Source: a virus
Lineage: Duplodnaviria; Caudoviricetes
Reading direction: 5' to 3' (one strand)
DNA: 64,000 nt
Virus record (IMG/VR): IMGVR_UViG_3300034107_000262
Location: 610 to 64,609 of that record
Positions 14,023 to 26,478 of this stretch are shown in pieces. The notes below the pieces were generated by a model that saw only the letters and a list, made by a program, of their open reading frames with translations, did no database searches and was not told where the DNA came from. Every line of letters starts with the position of its first letter. The stretch's first letter is position 1. The translations under genes were made by a program, and so were the position numbers.

Positions 14023-17000
14023 ATGGCAACAGATAATATAGTAAATATTGGCGTTAATGTATCGGACAATGGCTCAATTGCAAAAGTAACAAAGAACGTA
14101 GAAGTTTTAAGAGATTTATTAGTAAACACTGCCGCAATTGCTGCTCGGATTAACGTAGGTGGCGGAGCCATGCCCTTTGGTGGCATGGGAGCATCTACTG
14201 GTGCCCCACGTGCTGCACGTGCTGCTGGTGCAGCAGCTCCAGCAGCTGGTGGTGGTGGGGGTGGTTCTACTGGTGGTGGCGGGGCTGCAGCTACTGGTGG
14301 CGGCGGAACCTCAGGTAGCAGAGCCTTGAGCGAACAATCTAGATATGGTATGTTCAGAGGGGTTGCTGAAGAAACTGGATCGGCTGCTGGTAACTTTTCT
14401 CAACAAGCACAGGGAGCCAATGGCTTAGTACGTATATATGCTACATTAGCTGCTAACGTATACGCAGCTAGTGCTGCATTTGCCGCACTATCTAAAGCGG
14501 CAGACATAAGTAATTTAACAGCGGGCCTAGATATGTTAGGCGCAGCTTCTGGTAAAAACTTGGGGGCAATGGCTAAAAGATTAGTCGAAGTAACTGAAGG
14601 TGGATTATCTTTAGCAAATGCAATGAAAGCTACGGCTAAGGCTAGCTCCGCCGGAATTTCTACAGATAACATCGAACGTTTAGGCATAGTAGCTAAAAAG
14701 TCATCCCAGGCTTTGGGTTTAGACATGAGTAATGCTTTTGACAGATTAAGTCGCGGTGTTACTAAGCTAGAACCAGAACTACTAGATGAATTAGGTATAT
14801 TTACTAAGATCGGTCCTGCTACAGAAGCTTACGCTAGAAGTATAGGTAAGAGTGTATCAGGTTTGACAGACTTTGAGAAACGCCAAGCGTTTGCTAATGC
14901 TGTACTAGATGAAGGCGAGAAGAAGTTTGGAGCAATTGATCTAGCTACAAATGGTTATAATATCATACTTGCTAAACTAACCAACGGTCTTCAAAAAGTT
15001 CTTGAAATGGCAAATAAAGTACTGAAGCCTATTATAGATTTTCTAAGCCAAAATCCTACAGCTCTACTCTTAGCGTTGGGGTTATTAGCTAAAATAATGT
15101 TTGGTAGTCTGGTACCTGCTTTAACTAAATGGAAAGAATCAAATAAATTAGTTACTGAAAGTACTCAGAAAAAGATCGACGCATTGCGCGAAGAACGTGC
15201 CTCGATGTTAGCTAGAAGAAATGAGATACTTGGTAATTCTGCTGCAATGAGATTACAGAATGCAGAAGATAGTCGTTCATTAAATTTACAAAAGCTACTA
15301 TCGGACCCTAATTTAAATCCCAAAGTTAAAGCAGCTTTAACAACTACAAGTAGGATTGGCGAGGCAGGACCCCAAGCCCCCGTAACAAGTGCAGTTGGAG
15401 AGATTACACCAGACAGGTTAAAAGTACTAGAACAAGCAAAAAGATCTCTAGAACAGGATATTAGGGCACGTGCCGGACTGTATATTTCAGCCCCCGGATT
15501 AGCGGCAAAACAGGCAGAAGATCTAAAACATCTAGATCAAGTAATTAAAGCCCAAAAGGCTGCGACTCTGGCAGCCAAAGAATTAAATAAGGTCGAAGCT
15601 ATTACTACCGCATCTAGAGGCGAAATTAAGTTACTAGATGCGGAAAGAAAAGCTCTATTAAGCCTACAGAAAAGTAACATAGTACAAAATAGTCTTGAAA
15701 CTCAAGCTATTGACGGAACTAGAGCAGGATTTAGGGCACTAATAAAAGAATTAAGCCTTGCTAGACAAGGTTTTGATATTAATGGAGCAGCTTTCGCAGA
15801 TTCTAGTAAGAAGTTAGGATTCTTTAGTGCAGCTGCAACTATGGCTATAGGCTCCGTTAAACTTCTAACGGGGGCACTAAATGCTCTTCTAGGTACCCTT
15901 AGTAGAATATTAATGATAATTGGAATAGTAACAGCAGTATTCCAAATACTTAATTCTATTTTCTCAACTTCTATTAAAGAATCTGCTAATTTTGCGGCAG
16001 CCAGTGATTTATTAGATAGTGCTTTAAAAAATGTGGGTAATACTTTAGATAATATTTCTAAGAAGAAGTTTCTAAGCGCTGAAAGCGTTCAGCAAACTGC
16101 AAATGCTTTTAACGACTTAACTGATGCTACTAGAAAACAATTAAAAGCATTTACGGAACTTACAACATCTCAAAATGGATGGGATAGATTCTGGGAAGGT
16201 ATCTTTAGTGAGATCCCTGGAGTCAAAAGCAATACAGATATTCTAGCACAGAATTTAACTAATGCTATTGACCAATCTATAGTACTAATAAAAGACAAAA
16301 AATTAAGAGCTGAATTTGAGAAGAAATTATCGGGTATATATGACCCATCTGGTACTAAAAAAGAACGTATAGCAGGATTAAAAGTAGCTATAGAAGGTGG
16401 CGAAAATATTGGTTTTATAACTAAAGAATTAGACAAAGTTAATGCTGCTATAAATAATGCCGCTAGTTCTTTGACATCTCTAGATGCAGGATTTACTGAA
16501 ATCTCCAAACAGGTTACGGATATAGCGACTAGTACAAAATTAACTGATGTAGGAGGTAAGTTAGGAACTTCTATGCTTGCTGAAGCAGATAGACTAACTA
16601 AAGCATTCAAAAATCCAGAAGAAGGTCTTATTGCATTAAGTAAAATAGTAAAAGATGTCAATTTAATTACTATTTTTCCAGATTCTGTATCTAGAGATTT
16701 AATAAATAACAAAGAGCAGATACTTGAATTAAGTGCCGCGTATCAAAAAGCTAGTGTAGAAGTAACTGATCTAGAATTAAGGGCTAAAAGTGCTCAAGGA
16801 GTAGACGCCCTAATTGTAGAAGAACAATTAGCTAAAGCTAGAAAAGTACTTTCAACTATACAGGCCTCTTCAAAGACTTTAGTGTCCTATTTTGATACTA
16901 AAGTTACTGGAGGATTAATAGAACAAGCCTTTAATAAGGTAGGTATATCATTAAAGAATGCTATAGTAGAGGCAGGTATTATCAGTGCTAGAGGATACGT

Positions 17001-20000
17001 AAGTATTCTATCTTCTTTAGGGGCTAATACTGCTTCTATGGAGGCAGATTTAAAAGTAAAAGAATTACAAAACCAAAAAGCAGTAGCTAGGGCCTCTTAT
17101 GATCTAAGCCAAAGTTTAGTACGTAATAGATTAGCTATGGAAATTCTTACTCAGACCACCCTAGAAGGTAATGCGTTAAAAGCTATATCAAATGCCTGGG
17201 AATCTAAAAATAAACAGGGCGATGACAAAGCTAAAGCTTTTACTACGCTTCAAGGGGCTATCACCGTAAACGACCTGCTACCTCAAGATAGACAAGCTAT
17301 AGCTAAAGCTCTACCTAATGGAGTAAGTAAAAGTACCGAATCAGCGAAAATATTTGAATTTGAAAAGACGACAGCTACTGCGGGGGTAGAAGACTTAAAT
17401 AAAAAGCAAAATATAATATCTAAACTTGTACTAGATGCTATAGAGGTATTTAAAACTCCTGTAATAGATCCTAAACAGGTTATAGCCGACTCAGCAAAAG
17501 CTTTAGCCGAAGCTTTTGCTAAACGGATAAGTCTGGAAAGTAGTAAAAAGAGATTTTTTGCAGAGAATGGTGAAGGTAAGGCTAATCCAAAAGAAATAAG
17601 AAAAGGTGCAGCCGAAACAGGAACAGAAGCTTCCTCCATAGCTAAAGAGCTATATGTTAATATGGCGGGTCTAGAAGCTGTTATTTCTAAGTTAGATGCT
17701 CAAATAAAGGTAGCTAACCTAGAGGGGCAAGTAGGCAATATACGCGGAGAAGCAAAGAAAAATATTGAATCACAACAGCGCAAGGGTGGAGTAGCAGCAG
17801 ATATAGTTACTACGTTGAAAGATGAAGAAAAACTATTAGGACTTTATAACGAAGGACTGGTAGTTAAACGACAAAAATATGAAGTAGAGGTTTCAGCCCG
17901 ACAAGCAGCAGAAGATAGCATAAAACTAAATTCGGACTTAAAAGCTGCAGAATTAGTTTTAAGTAATATTAAAGATAAAACTAGCGATGCCGGTATAAAA
18001 GCAATAGAAACTGAAAAAGAGCTAAGAGAAAAAGTAAGAGAAAATGAAACTAGTTGGACTAAAAAAGAAAGAAAACAAGATACTGAACAATTAATCGAAC
18101 GTTTAACTGGTGCAGAATCTCTGGCAGTTATAGACAGAGAACGTCAAACTAAAACTCTAGAGTTTGAGAACAACATTAAGCAGACTTCAATTGCTAATTT
18201 AGAAGCTGAACTAGGTATGCGTCAAGCCTTAGGAATTATTAGTGATAAAGAAATAGCTATCAGAATAGCTGAACTAAGTATCAGTAAGCAGGCTATAGAT
18301 TATAGTCAACAAAAGTTAGCTATAGAAAATACAATAGCTGCTACTACAGCAAAAAATATCATAGATAGGGCAGGCCTTGAAAAAGCTGGAGCAACTCCAG
18401 CAACAATTGCAGTATTTGATGAAGCCGCAAAGAAAAACCTAGATATATTAAACTTACAGAAATCAAGCATAGATGCTCAAAATGCTTCTAAACTATACGG
18501 TATAGAAATAAGCAAACAAACACAATTACAACTAGCCGCTGAAAAGAAGATCTTAGACGATCAAAAGTACGCAATGGATAATCTAGTAGCAAGTACTAAT
18601 AGTTTAGCCCTAGTATTGGGGGATGTTGGCAAGAAATTTGGAGAAGGTTTGACAGGTTTACTTCAAGCTAATCAAGATTCTATTAATGCACGTACAGCCC
18701 TTGATAAGAAGTATGCGGCAGATAAGACTGCTATTGAGGCACAGACTCAAGCGGATATAAATTCAATAGCAGATCAAGGACCAGAACAACATCTTATGGA
18801 AATTGCTGACGCTACCGAAAAAGGTAATAAAGCCAAAATTAGCTTAGAGAAGAAATTTGCTAAAGATTCTATGAATTTAGAGTTTGAAAAGAACGCTAAA
18901 ACGATTAGTTCCGCTAAAAATATGTTTTCTGAGAAAACTGCAGCATATAAAATACTAGCTAATGTAGAGAAAGTAATGCACATTAGTAAGCTGGCCATGG
19001 AAGCAAAAGAGATGGCTACGTCCTTATTTGCTGAAGGTAAGAAATTATTTGCAAAAGTATTTACTGCTGAAACCGGCGCTGCAGCAGCAGTTGCAGCAGT
19101 ACCTGTAGAAATAGCAGCAGCTAACTCAGCCGCTGCAGGTGAGATTGCAGCGGCTGTTCCAGGAATTTTTGCTAAATTTAGTGCAATGATGGGACCCTGG
19201 GGCTGGGCCGCCGCAGCGGCAGTTGTAGCTGCTTTAGGATTTTCTGGGGGCGGACCTTCTAAACCACCAGCAGGATTCTCAGCCGAAGAACAGCAAAAAG
19301 TTCAAGGTACGGGTCAAGTATACAGAGATGGTAAGTTAATGGATACGGGAGCAGGTGCTTTAGGCGACCCTACTCAAAAATCAGAATCAGTTGCAAATGG
19401 TATTGCTAATATTGAGAAGTATTCGTTTGACGGATTAGATTATTCTAATAAGATGTTAGATGCTCTTAAAGCAATTAAAGATAATACTGCTAATCTTAGC
19501 ACTGCTATTCTTAGATCAATTCCTGGACTTAATATTAAACCAGCAGATATAAATAGTGGAAATTGGTTATTTGGTAAAAGTACCAGCGCAGTAGTAGATG
19601 CCGGAGTAATACTAGCAGGAAGTTTTGGACAGTTAATCGATAGGACAGGAGAACTATCTTCGTATATTAATACCGTGACTACTTCTAGTGGCTTATTTGG
19701 ATTCGGCTCTGAAACTAATGCTAATAGTGAAATAAAAACTATTAATAATGAAACCGACTTAGCAAGAGTAGTTTCCAGTATAATAAGATCTGTTGGAGAT
19801 GCTCTATCGGAAGCAGGTAGTACACTAGGTCTTGGTATGTCCGACGATATATTAGAAAGTTTTAGAAAACTTAAACTACCCGACGATATAAAAGCGTCTA
19901 TTCTAGGACTAAAACCTTCAGAACAATCAGATGCTATTTTACAAGTTATAAGTGCGGGATTAGATTTAGCTGCTAAAGACCTTTTCAGTTCTTTAGAAAA

Positions 20001-21942
20001 GTATCAAAAAGCAGGAGAAACCTTTGGCGATACAGTTTTAAGACTTGCAAATGATACTATGGTAGTAAATAAAAACTTCCAAATGTTGGGCATTAGTCTT
20101 ACGAAGTTAGATGAAACTACAAGCACTGCTACCACAGCTATGTACGATGCAAGGAACCGAGCGCAAGAGAATCTGCGTCAAGTAACAGCAGCTAGAAATA
20201 CAGTGGTTGAAACACCGGACCCCGGCGGCATGGGGTCTATTTCGAGTCTTGGAGCTACTTTTGAACAAGTACAAGCAGCTCAGAAAGCTTATGATACGGC
20301 TGTTAATAACATAAATCGTGCAAATGCTGGTATGACTACTAATAATATAGCTCTTTATGAGACAATTATTGAAGCTTCTGGCGGATTAGATAAATTTACA
20401 GAAAATACTAAAGCATTCTCTGAGGCTTTCTTAACAGATCGTGAAAAGATTACACCTAGAGTAGATGCTCTACATACTGCATTAGTAGATTTAACATACG
20501 GTACCATTACTACTAGAGATGAGTTTAAACAGTTAATCCTAGGTTTCAAGATTACAAATGAAACCAGTGCTGAAACTTACGCAAAACTAATAGCTTTGTC
20601 TGCTGGCTTTGATGCAGTAGCTCAGTTTGAAGAAAAACTAGCAGATTCCAGGGATAGTCAGACAGATACAATTAGGAAACTAATAGGTACTGAAAAGACT
20701 TTAGCCGCCAGCTTAAAAGCTTCTAGAGATAGAGAACTTAAAGCTATGGACCCTAGTCTTGTAGCTACTCAGAAATATATTAATGCTCTAACGGACGAAG
20801 TCGCAGCAAGAGATAAAGCAGCTACTGCAGTTAAGTCAACTATTGACAGTTTGAAGGGGTCGGTTACAACTCTAACAGATTATCAAACTAGCTTAAAAAC
20901 TAGTGCTCAAGGTACTATGACCCCTGAACAACGTTATGCAGCGCTACAACAGGAACTTTTAGTTACCCAAACAGCGGCGATGGGGCCTACTGGTACTCCA
21001 GCCCAATTAGCCGCACAACAAGCAGCAGCAGCTAAATTACCACAAGCAGCATCCGCTTTCTTAGATGCTTCCAAGGTACTAAATGCTAGTTCAAGTAAGT
21101 ATAGTGACGATCTAGCAGGTGTGCAGAAAATAATTGCAGATACTATTACTTCAGTTAGTGGAACTCAAACCTTAGCTGAGAAAAATCTGGAGGCTCTAGG
21201 GCCACTAGTTAGTATTGATGCCAGTGCTACACTAACATCTAAATTAATGCAAGATTTTTTAACTGCACAAGGAGTAACAGAAACTGCTAGAATAGCTATG
21301 GATATTGCTACTAATCAATGGCAAACAAACTTATTAGCAGCACTTAATCCTACTGAGCAAGCTGGTCCTGTACAGCAAACAGCTGCAGAAAAAGCTGCTG
21401 CAGATGCAGCTGCATCTACTGCTGCATATGAAGCAGCTATGGCAGTAACCTCTGTCGCTTTACTTGATGGTACTGCAAGAATAACTGTAGTTAATGATTC
21501 TTTAGTACTTAGTGTTGGGGCATTAGATACCAGTACTATAGCATTAACTACTGCAGTAGGAGCTTTCGGCTTAGGGGTGGATAGTAATACTGCATCCGTA
21601 CTTACTGCTGTTAATAGTAACTTAAATGCAAGCAGCGTTCTAGATACTAGTATGCGTTCGCTAAATACTAATGTTGATGACTTAAACTTTAATATGTCTG
21701 ATAATACTGCATCTCTTGGTTATCTGGGTAGCGAGGCTTTTGCCAGATTCTTAGCTAAGGCTGTCGGGGATGCTATAGATACTGGATCAATTGTTACGGC
21801 TATCAATGATTCTACAGGAGCTCAGATTGTAGCTAATGCAACAGTAGTAGCTAATCAAACTGCAGAACTTACTGCCGCTCAATTAGATGCTATAGCCTAT
21901 CAAGATTATTTAGATCGTAGTGCTCTTCAAGGTGGTGGTTAA
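14023..21942 (+). CDS. tape measure protein (about 2640 aa)
   Basis: AGGAG RBS before ATG 14023; T5 pb2-like N-terminal block (YATLAANVYA, RGVTKLEPELLDELGI, EKRQAFANAV); hydrophobic segments and long helical regions. Confidence 0.9.
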   Translation: MATDNIVNIGVNVSDNGSIAKVTKNVEVLRDLLVNTAAIAARINVGGGAMPFGGMGASTGAPRAARAAGAAAPAAGGGGGGSTGGGGAAATGGGGTSGSRALSEQSRYGMFRGVAEETGSAAGNFSQQAQGANGLVRIYATLAANVYAASAAFAALSKAADISNLTAGLDMLGAASGKNLGAMAKRLVEVTEGGLSLANAMKATAKASSAGISTDNIERLGIVAKKSSQALGLDMSNAFDRLSRGVTKLEPELLDELGIFTKIGPATEAYARSIGKSVSGLTDFEKRQAFANAVLDEGEKKFGAIDLATNGYNIILAKLTNGLQKVLEMANKVLKPIIDFLSQNPTALLLALGLLAKIMFGSLVPALTKWKESNKLVTESTQKKIDALREERASMLARRNEILGNSAAMRLQNAEDSRSLNLQKLLSDPNLNPKVKAALTTTSRIGEAGPQAPVTSAVGEITPDRLKVLEQAKRSLEQDIRARAGLYISAPGLAAKQAEDLKHLDQVIKAQKAATLAAKELNKVEAITTASRGEIKLLDAERKALLSLQKSNIVQNSLETQAIDGTRAGFRALIKELSLARQGFDINGAAFADSSKKLGFFSAAATMAIGSVKLLTGALNALLGTLSRILMIIGIVTAVFQILNSIFSTSIKESANFAAASDLLDSALKNVGNTLDNISKKKFLSAESVQQTANAFNDLTDATRKQLKAFTELTTSQNGWDRFWEGIFSEIPGVKSNTDILAQNLTNAIDQSIVLIKDKKLRAEFEKKLSGIYDPSGTKKERIAGLKVAIEGGENIGFITKELDKVNAAINNAASSLTSLDAGFTEISKQVTDIATSTKLTDVGGKLGTSMLAEADRLTKAFKNPEEGLIALSKIVKDVNLITIFPDSVSRDLINNKEQILELSAAYQKASVEVTDLELRAKSAQGVDALIVEEQLAKARKVLSTIQASSKTLVSYFDTKVTGGLIEQAFNKVGISLKNAIVEAGIISARGYVSILSSLGANTASMEADLKVKELQNQKAVARASYDLSQSLVRNRLAMEILTQTTLEGNALKAISNAWESKNKQGDDKAKAFTTLQGAITVNDLLPQDRQAIAKALPNGVSKSTESAKIFEFEKTTATAGVEDLNKKQNIISKLVLDAIEVFKTPVIDPKQVIADSAKALAEAFAKRISLESSKKRFFAENGEGKANPKEIRKGAAETGTEASSIAKELYVNMAGLEAVISKLDAQIKVANLEGQVGNIRGEAKKNIESQQRKGGVAADIVTTLKDEEKLLGLYNEGLVVKRQKYEVEVSARQAAEDSIKLNSDLKAAELVLSNIKDKTSDAGIKAIETEKELREKVRENETSWTKKERKQDTEQLIERLTGAESLAVIDRERQTKTLEFENNIKQTSIANLEAELGMRQALGIISDKEIAIRIAELSISKQAIDYSQQKLAIENTIAATTAKNIIDRAGLEKAGATPATIAVFDEAAKKNLDILNLQKSSIDAQNASKLYGIEISKQTQLQLAAEKKILDDQKYAMDNLVASTNSLALVLGDVGKKFGEGLTGLLQANQDSINARTALDKKYAADKTAIEAQTQADINSIADQGPEQHLMEIADATEKGNKAKISLEKKFAKDSMNLEFEKNAKTISSAKNMFSEKTAAYKILANVEKVMHISKLAMEAKEMATSLFAEGKKLFAKVFTAETGAAAAVAAVPVEIAAANSAAAGEIAAAVPGIFAKFSAMMGPWGWAAAAAVVAALGFSGGGPSKPPAGFSAEEQQKVQGTGQVYRDGKLMDTGAGALGDPTQKSESVANGIANIEKYSFDGLDYSNKMLDALKAIKDNTANLSTAILRSIPGLNIKPADINSGNWLFGKSTSAVVDAGVILAGSFGQLIDRTGELSSYINTVTTSSGLFGFGSETNANSEIKTINNETDLARVVSSIIRSVGDALSEAGSTLGLGMSDDILESFRKLKLPDDIKASILGLKPSEQSDAILQVISAGLDLAAKDLFSSLEKYQKAGETFGDTVLRLANDTMVVNKNFQMLGISLTKLDETTSTATTAMYDARNRAQENLRQVTAARNTVVETPDPGGMGSISSLGATFEQVQAAQKAYDTAVNNINRANAGMTTNNIALYETIIEASGGLDKFTENTKAFSEAFLTDREKITPRVDALHTALVDLTYGTITTRDEFKQLILGFKITNETSAETYAKLIALSAGFDAVAQFEEKLADSRDSQTDTIRKLIGTEKTLAASLKASRDRELKAMDPSLVATQKYINALTDEVAARDKAATAVKSTIDSLKGSVTTLTDYQTSLKTSAQGTMTPEQRYAALQQELLVTQTAAMGPTGTPAQLAAQQAAAAKLPQAASAFLDASKVLNASSSKYSDDLAGVQKIIADTITSVSGTQTLAEKNLEALGPLVSIDASATLTSKLMQDFLTAQGVTETARIAMDIATNQWQTNLLAALNPTEQAGPVQQTAAEKAAADAAASTAAYEAAMAVTSVALLDGTARITVVNDSLVLSVGALDTSTIALTTAVGAFGLGVDSNTASVLTAVNSNLNASSVLDTSMRSLNTNVDDLNFNMSDNTASLGYLGSEAFARFLAKAVGDAIDTGSIVTAINDSTGAQIVANATVVANQTAELTAAQLDAIAYQDYLDRSALQGGG

Positions 21943-21951
21943 GTAATAAAT

Positions 21952-21979
21952 AAAACCCTAGCCTAAAAGCTAGGGTTTT
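21952..21979 (+). terminator. intrinsic terminator
   Basis: aaaaccctagc-ctaaaa-gctagggtttt. Confidence 0.75.
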
Positions 21980-21998
21980 ACCTAAATAGGAAAAGAAG

Positions 21999-24023
21999 AT
22001 GTATACTCAGTATGAACAAGCATGGCTAGAAGACTCTAGCGCAATCCGAATCGTCCTAGTTGAAGCTCAAGTTTATAATGTACTTACATCCACAAATACT
22101 TATTTATATTTGTCTACCGATAACTACATTACAACTGATGGGTCAATTAGCTTCTTATCTATAATTAAAAATAACATTACCCTAAATGAAACGTTATCTG
22201 CGGATGGTTCGGGTGCAATGACTTTTGGGGATATTGAGATAGCCAATCACAATGGCGAGTACGACACCTACTTTGATAAAGATAAGTACGTATGGTCAAA
22301 TAGAACTATTAAAATCTATTATGGGGATGCGCGCTGGACGTGTGCAAATTTAGCAGAAATAGTTTCCAAATTTAAAAATATATTCAATGGCGTAATTGAT
22401 GATGCAGACTCTAGAAATAGAGTCTCATTTAATATTAAGATCAGAGATAAGTTAGAACGTCTTAATGCACCTCTTACTTCAGATAAGCTGGGCCCATACG
22501 GAACTTGGGCAGGCGGACAGCAAAATATAGATGCCATTAAACCACTAGTATTTGGAGAAGTTTTTAACATTACTCCAATGGTAATGGATCCATCGTTACT
22601 TAAGTATATGTTTAACAACGCACCTTCAAGTGCTCTAGTTGAAATTAGAGATAACGGTGCACCTCTTAAAACTGATATAGTTACTGGTTTAACTATATCA
22701 GCCACAGTATCTTCAGGGGTAATTACAGCAGCCAGTATATCTGCTGGAGGTAGTAATTACATGATAAGCGATAAAGTCTATGTAATTGACTCTAACAGTA
22801 ATACTAATGCCGTCTTTACAGCTAATATGGCCAATACTACTCTTACCATTTTATCAGTAACTTCTGGTGTAATAAGTGTGGGCATGAAAGTTACAGGTAT
22901 TGGTATACCTAGTAATACAGTTATTAATGGCGGTAGTGGAAGCAGCTTTACTGTTAATAATACTTTACCTACTTCTACTAGTGTAAGTATTACGGGGGTT
23001 AATACCTTAGCAATAATAAATATAACTGGTGTAAATGGTGCAGGGGCTGCCACAAGTATTATTGTAGAGAATGGCGGTACCGGGTATTTAGGTAATGGTA
23101 CTAAATCCACAGGTTTATACAAAGTAAGTATAAATAGAGAATTTAGTGCTGTAGATAATTCAGTAGGAATCTTTTGTTTAGCCTCACAACCTGCGGGTAC
23201 TATTACATGTAGTGTACGTGGAGTTAATAATTCTATTAACTTAACTACAGGAGCTTTAGTAACAGGCACTTATTCAAATAATATTGCAAGTATAGTCTCT
23301 CTAATAGCCACCCAGTATGGTAAGGAAAATACTAGATTTAATTATACAGACTTAGACCTCACCAACTTATCCGCAGCAGCATCGAGCCTGACAGGTGTTG
23401 TAGTTAGCGATACTGCTAATGTATTAACAGTATGTAAACAAATAGTTAATAGTATAGGCTGTCAATTGTTTATTACGCGCGTTGGTAAGTTGCAAATATT
23501 ACGCTATGGTGCAGGATATGTTAACGATCGAGATATTACCACAGTAACTGAATCAGATATTGTATATAACTCTTTGGCTATTAGTAACCGTTTGCCAGTA
23601 GTAGGCGCAGTTAAATTAGGTTATGCTAAAAACTATACGATACAGAGTAATTTACTTACAAGAATCTTACCTGCACACAAAGATATGTTTGCGCAAGAGT
23701 GGCTGAGTTTAACAGAATTAAATCAGTATGTAATTAGTAAATACGCACTATCTCAAGACGTAACCCAAACTGATACGCAGTTAATAAAAACTGAGGAAGC
23801 TCTAGCAGAAGCAAAACGTAGATTAGATTTTTATAGTAGCCAGCGTATTGTTTATAGATTTACAGGTATATCTAAATTATTAGGGTTAAAATTGGGGCAA
23901 CAAGTAACATTAATTCACAGTAGGTTTAACCTATATAATTCAGGTAGTGGCGTAATTGGTCAAGTTATAACACTTCTTCCTAATTGGTCTACTAACCGCG
24001 TTGACGTTGAGGTAATTATTTAA
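21999..24023 (+). CDS. tail tip/baseplate hub-like protein
   Basis: Follows TMP; [42 protein letters not shown]; Thr/Ser-rich insertion. Confidence 0.6.
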   Translation: MYTQYEQAWLEDSSAIRIVLVEAQVYNVLTSTNTYLYLSTDNYITTDGSISFLSIIKNNITLNETLSADGSGAMTFGDIEIANHNGEYDTYFDKDKYVWSNRTIKIYYGDARWTCANLAEIVSKFKNIFNGVIDDADSRNRVSFNIKIRDKLERLNAPLTSDKLGPYGTWAGGQQNIDAIKPLVFGEVFNITPMVMDPSLLKYMFNNAPSSALVEIRDNGAPLKTDIVTGLTISATVSSGVITAASISAGGSNYMISDKVYVIDSNSNTNAVFTANMANTTLTILSVTSGVISVGMKVTGIGIPSNTVINGGSGSSFTVNNTLPTSTSVSITGVNTLAIINITGVNGAGAATSIIVENGGTGYLGNGTKSTGLYKVSINREFSAVDNSVGIFCLASQPAGTITCSVRGVNNSINLTTGALVTGTYSNNIASIVSLIATQYGKENTRFNYTDLDLTNLSAAASSLTGVVVSDTANVLTVCKQIVNSIGCQLFITRVGKLQILRYGAGYVNDRDITTVTESDIVYNSLAISNRLPVVGAVKLGYAKNYTIQSNLLTRILPAHKDMFAQEWLSLTELNQYVISKYALSQDVTQTDTQLIKTEEALAEAKRRLDFYSSQRIVYRFTGISKLLGLKLGQQVTLIHSRFNLYNSGSGVIGQVITLLPNWSTNRVDVEVII

Positions 24024-26005
24024 TGACATATCTAACAACAGCTACTAATGCACGAGATCTAATACTTGAAGCCAGTGTATTTGAAGACAGATTCGTATCT
24101 AGCGCTAAAAGCATAGTAGTAAGTGCTAATTCTCAGGTTTTTACTTATGATGGTACAGGAGCTCTATCTCCTGCTACACAGTATATTTCTATTAATGCTA
24201 GTAAAGCAAATACTGCTAATAATATTACTTGGACTACAGTACCTAGTAGTATCCCTTTATACGCTGCAATTACAGGTGGAAGTTCTTTAACTGGTACTAG
24301 TACTGCAACTAATATAGTATATCTACGCAGTGCTGATTTTGTTAGTACTGCAGTATTTACTGGAAGTATTACTGCAACAACCTTAACAGTCAGTGCAATA
24401 ACTAGCGGTACTATCAGTATTGGAATGACGTTAACTGGTACTGGAGTATCCGCAGGATGTGTAATTAAAACATTGCTAACAGGTACAGGAGACGTCGGTA
24501 GTACTTATACAGTAACTATTCTATCAGCAACTACAGTTGGTAGTACTACTATTACAGGCACTAAGCCTGCTAATTCTGTGCAAGTATTGGCAACTATTCT
24601 TGATAGTGAAATAGTTAGTGATAGTGTTACTATTGTTAAACTACAAGCAGGTTTTGGCGGTATATCTGCTATATTAACTAATGAAACTCACACAATTCCT
24701 ACTGATAGTACAGGAGCAAGTCCAGTATTTACAGGCAGCGGTACTGATATATATTTATACGAGGGCTTAACTCAGCTAGTATATGATGGAGTTGGAACAG
24801 CCGCGGGTACTTGGACAGTAACAGCATCTAATCCACTTGGAGATTTAACCATAGGAGCTATTACTGATCTAGGTAGTTATGCACGAGTTGCACAACTAAC
24901 TGGCATAAACACCGGAGTTAGTACAGCTTTAATTAATTATACTATTACAGGGGTTTCTTCAACCGGAATTGCCATTAGTGTTGTGAAGACTCAGACGTTT
25001 AGTAAGAGTAAGCAAGGTACTCCTGGAGCTCCAGGGAATCCAGGGAATCCAGGGAATCCAGGGGATCCAGGAGCTACAGGAGCTCAAGTTTTCATTATCT
25101 ATATTAGAACAGAAAGTTCATCTACTGTTCCAACCGTTGGGGCTACTAGTAATGTTGGAGCAGTACCTAGTGGAGGGGCGGGGAGTGGGGCAACTACTAC
25201 AGTTTGGCAGTATACAGCTATTTCTCCTGTTAACTTAAGTGGATCCCAGGCACAATGGCAATCTGATGGTACTGCACCAGCAGGAAGTAGTACAGTAACT
25301 TGGAGCACTCCTTATCTAAGTTACTTCAAAGTCGGCAGTTTATCTGCAATCACCGCAGATTTAGGCAGTATTACTGCTGGTAGTGTTGTAATTGGGGCTC
25401 CAGTACTAACTGGTACTAAAATAACATCCGGAACTGGTACTAGACTTAATTCTGACGGCACATTTGCAGCAGGTGGAGCCACTTCTAGTATTGTGGGTAC
25501 TGGGTCTGCAATCTATTTGAATGGAGAAGTAATAAGTACTGGAAATATTACTGCTAATGCTGTGACTAAAATAACTCCTTTATCTGTAATTTCCGGTGGA
25601 ACTTCTGTCTATCTGCCTAATTTTACTACTGATGGTGGCAATATATTTATATCTGTTATTATAAAACCGGATGGAGTACATACTACTGTTTCAGCATCAT
25701 ATATATCATTAAATGTAATATTATATTTATATAAAACAAATGATATTAATTATTATGGAGGTAGTTTTAGTTTAACTAAATTTTTAGTACCTGCTGGACT
25801 TAATACCTCTGCAGGTAATACATGGGTAAGAGATTGTTTTACTATGATGAGTACTTTTACTGGAAAACCTGCAGATTCTTACTATTTTCAAGTAGTATGC
25901 TATTATACAACTTTAACTAATTCAGGGACGATAGTAACAACTAGTAGTTCGGGTAATCTTAGCAGTATAGAAGTATACGGTGCAATTATGGAATTGAAAA
26001 AATGA
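24023..26005 (+). CDS. tail fibre/central tip protein with a short collagen segment
   Basis: [12 protein letters not shown] repeats, [17 protein letters not shown]; Thr/Gly-rich; followed by a fibre chaperone. Confidence 0.65.
   Translation: MTYLTTATNARDLILEASVFEDRFVSSAKSIVVSANSQVFTYDGTGALSPATQYISINASKANTANNITWTTVPSSIPLYAAITGGSSLTGTSTATNIVYLRSADFVSTAVFTGSITATTLTVSAITSGTISIGMTLTGTGVSAGCVIKTLLTGTGDVGSTYTVTILSATTVGSTTITGTKPANSVQVLATILDSEIVSDSVTIVKLQAGFGGISAILTNETHTIPTDSTGASPVFTGSGTDIYLYEGLTQLVYDGVGTAAGTWTVTASNPLGDLTIGAITDLGSYARVAQLTGINTGVSTALINYTITGVSSTGIAISVVKTQTFSKSKQGTPGAPGNPGNPGNPGDPGATGAQVFIIYIRTESSSTVPTVGATSNVGAVPSGGAGSGATTTVWQYTAISPVNLSGSQAQWQSDGTAPAGSSTVTWSTPYLSYFKVGSLSAITADLGSITAGSVVIGAPVLTGTKITSGTGTRLNSDGTFAAGGATSSIVGTGSAIYLNGEVISTGNITANAVTKITPLSVISGGTSVYLPNFTTDGGNIFISVIIKPDGVHTTVSASYISLNVILYLYKTNDINYYGGSFSLTKFLVPAGLNTSAGNTWVRDCFTMMSTFTGKPADSYYFQVVCYYTTLTNSGTIVTTSSSGNLSSIEVYGAIMELKK
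25031..25071 (+). repeat. 9-bp tandem repeat encoding collagen GNP
   Basis: ccagggaat x3 plus ccaggggat. Confidence 0.85.
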
Positions 26006-26466
26006 AAAACTTTGTATTATATGATGCAACTGGAAATATTAAAATTACTAGTATATGTGAAGATAATGAATTATCTTCACAGAATAGACCTAATTTAACT
26101 TTATTAGAAACTCTAGCTTATATTTCTTTTAACGATGGGTACGTTTCAAATAACGAATATGTTGCATATACTTCAGAACAAAGAGCTTTAAAAGATAATA
26201 GACCCTATTATCCAGCTAAATGGAGTAATAATACTATGTCCTGGGAAGATTTACGTTCATCTCAAGAAAAACTAGATCAACAATGGTATATAGTTAAATC
26301 TCAACGAGATCAACTTCTCCAAGAATCAGATTGGCGAGTTATAAAGGCTTCAGATACAGGTGTTCCCATCTCACAAAACTGGAAAGATTACCGTCAAGCA
26401 TTAAGGGATATAACTACTCAGTCAGATCCCTTTAACATTATTTGGCCAACGCCTCCAACCGCATAA
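26002..26466 (+). CDS. tail fibre assembly chaperone
   Basis: [10 protein letters not shown]...[23 protein letters not shown]. Confidence 0.8.
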   Translation: MKNFVLYDATGNIKITSICEDNELSSQNRPNLTLLETLAYISFNDGYVSNNEYVAYTSEQRALKDNRPYYPAKWSNNTMSWEDLRSSQEKLDQQWYIVKSQRDQLLQESDWRVIKASDTGVPISQNWKDYRQALRDITTQSDPFNIIWPTPPTA

Positions 26467-26478
26467 TTTAGGATTAGT

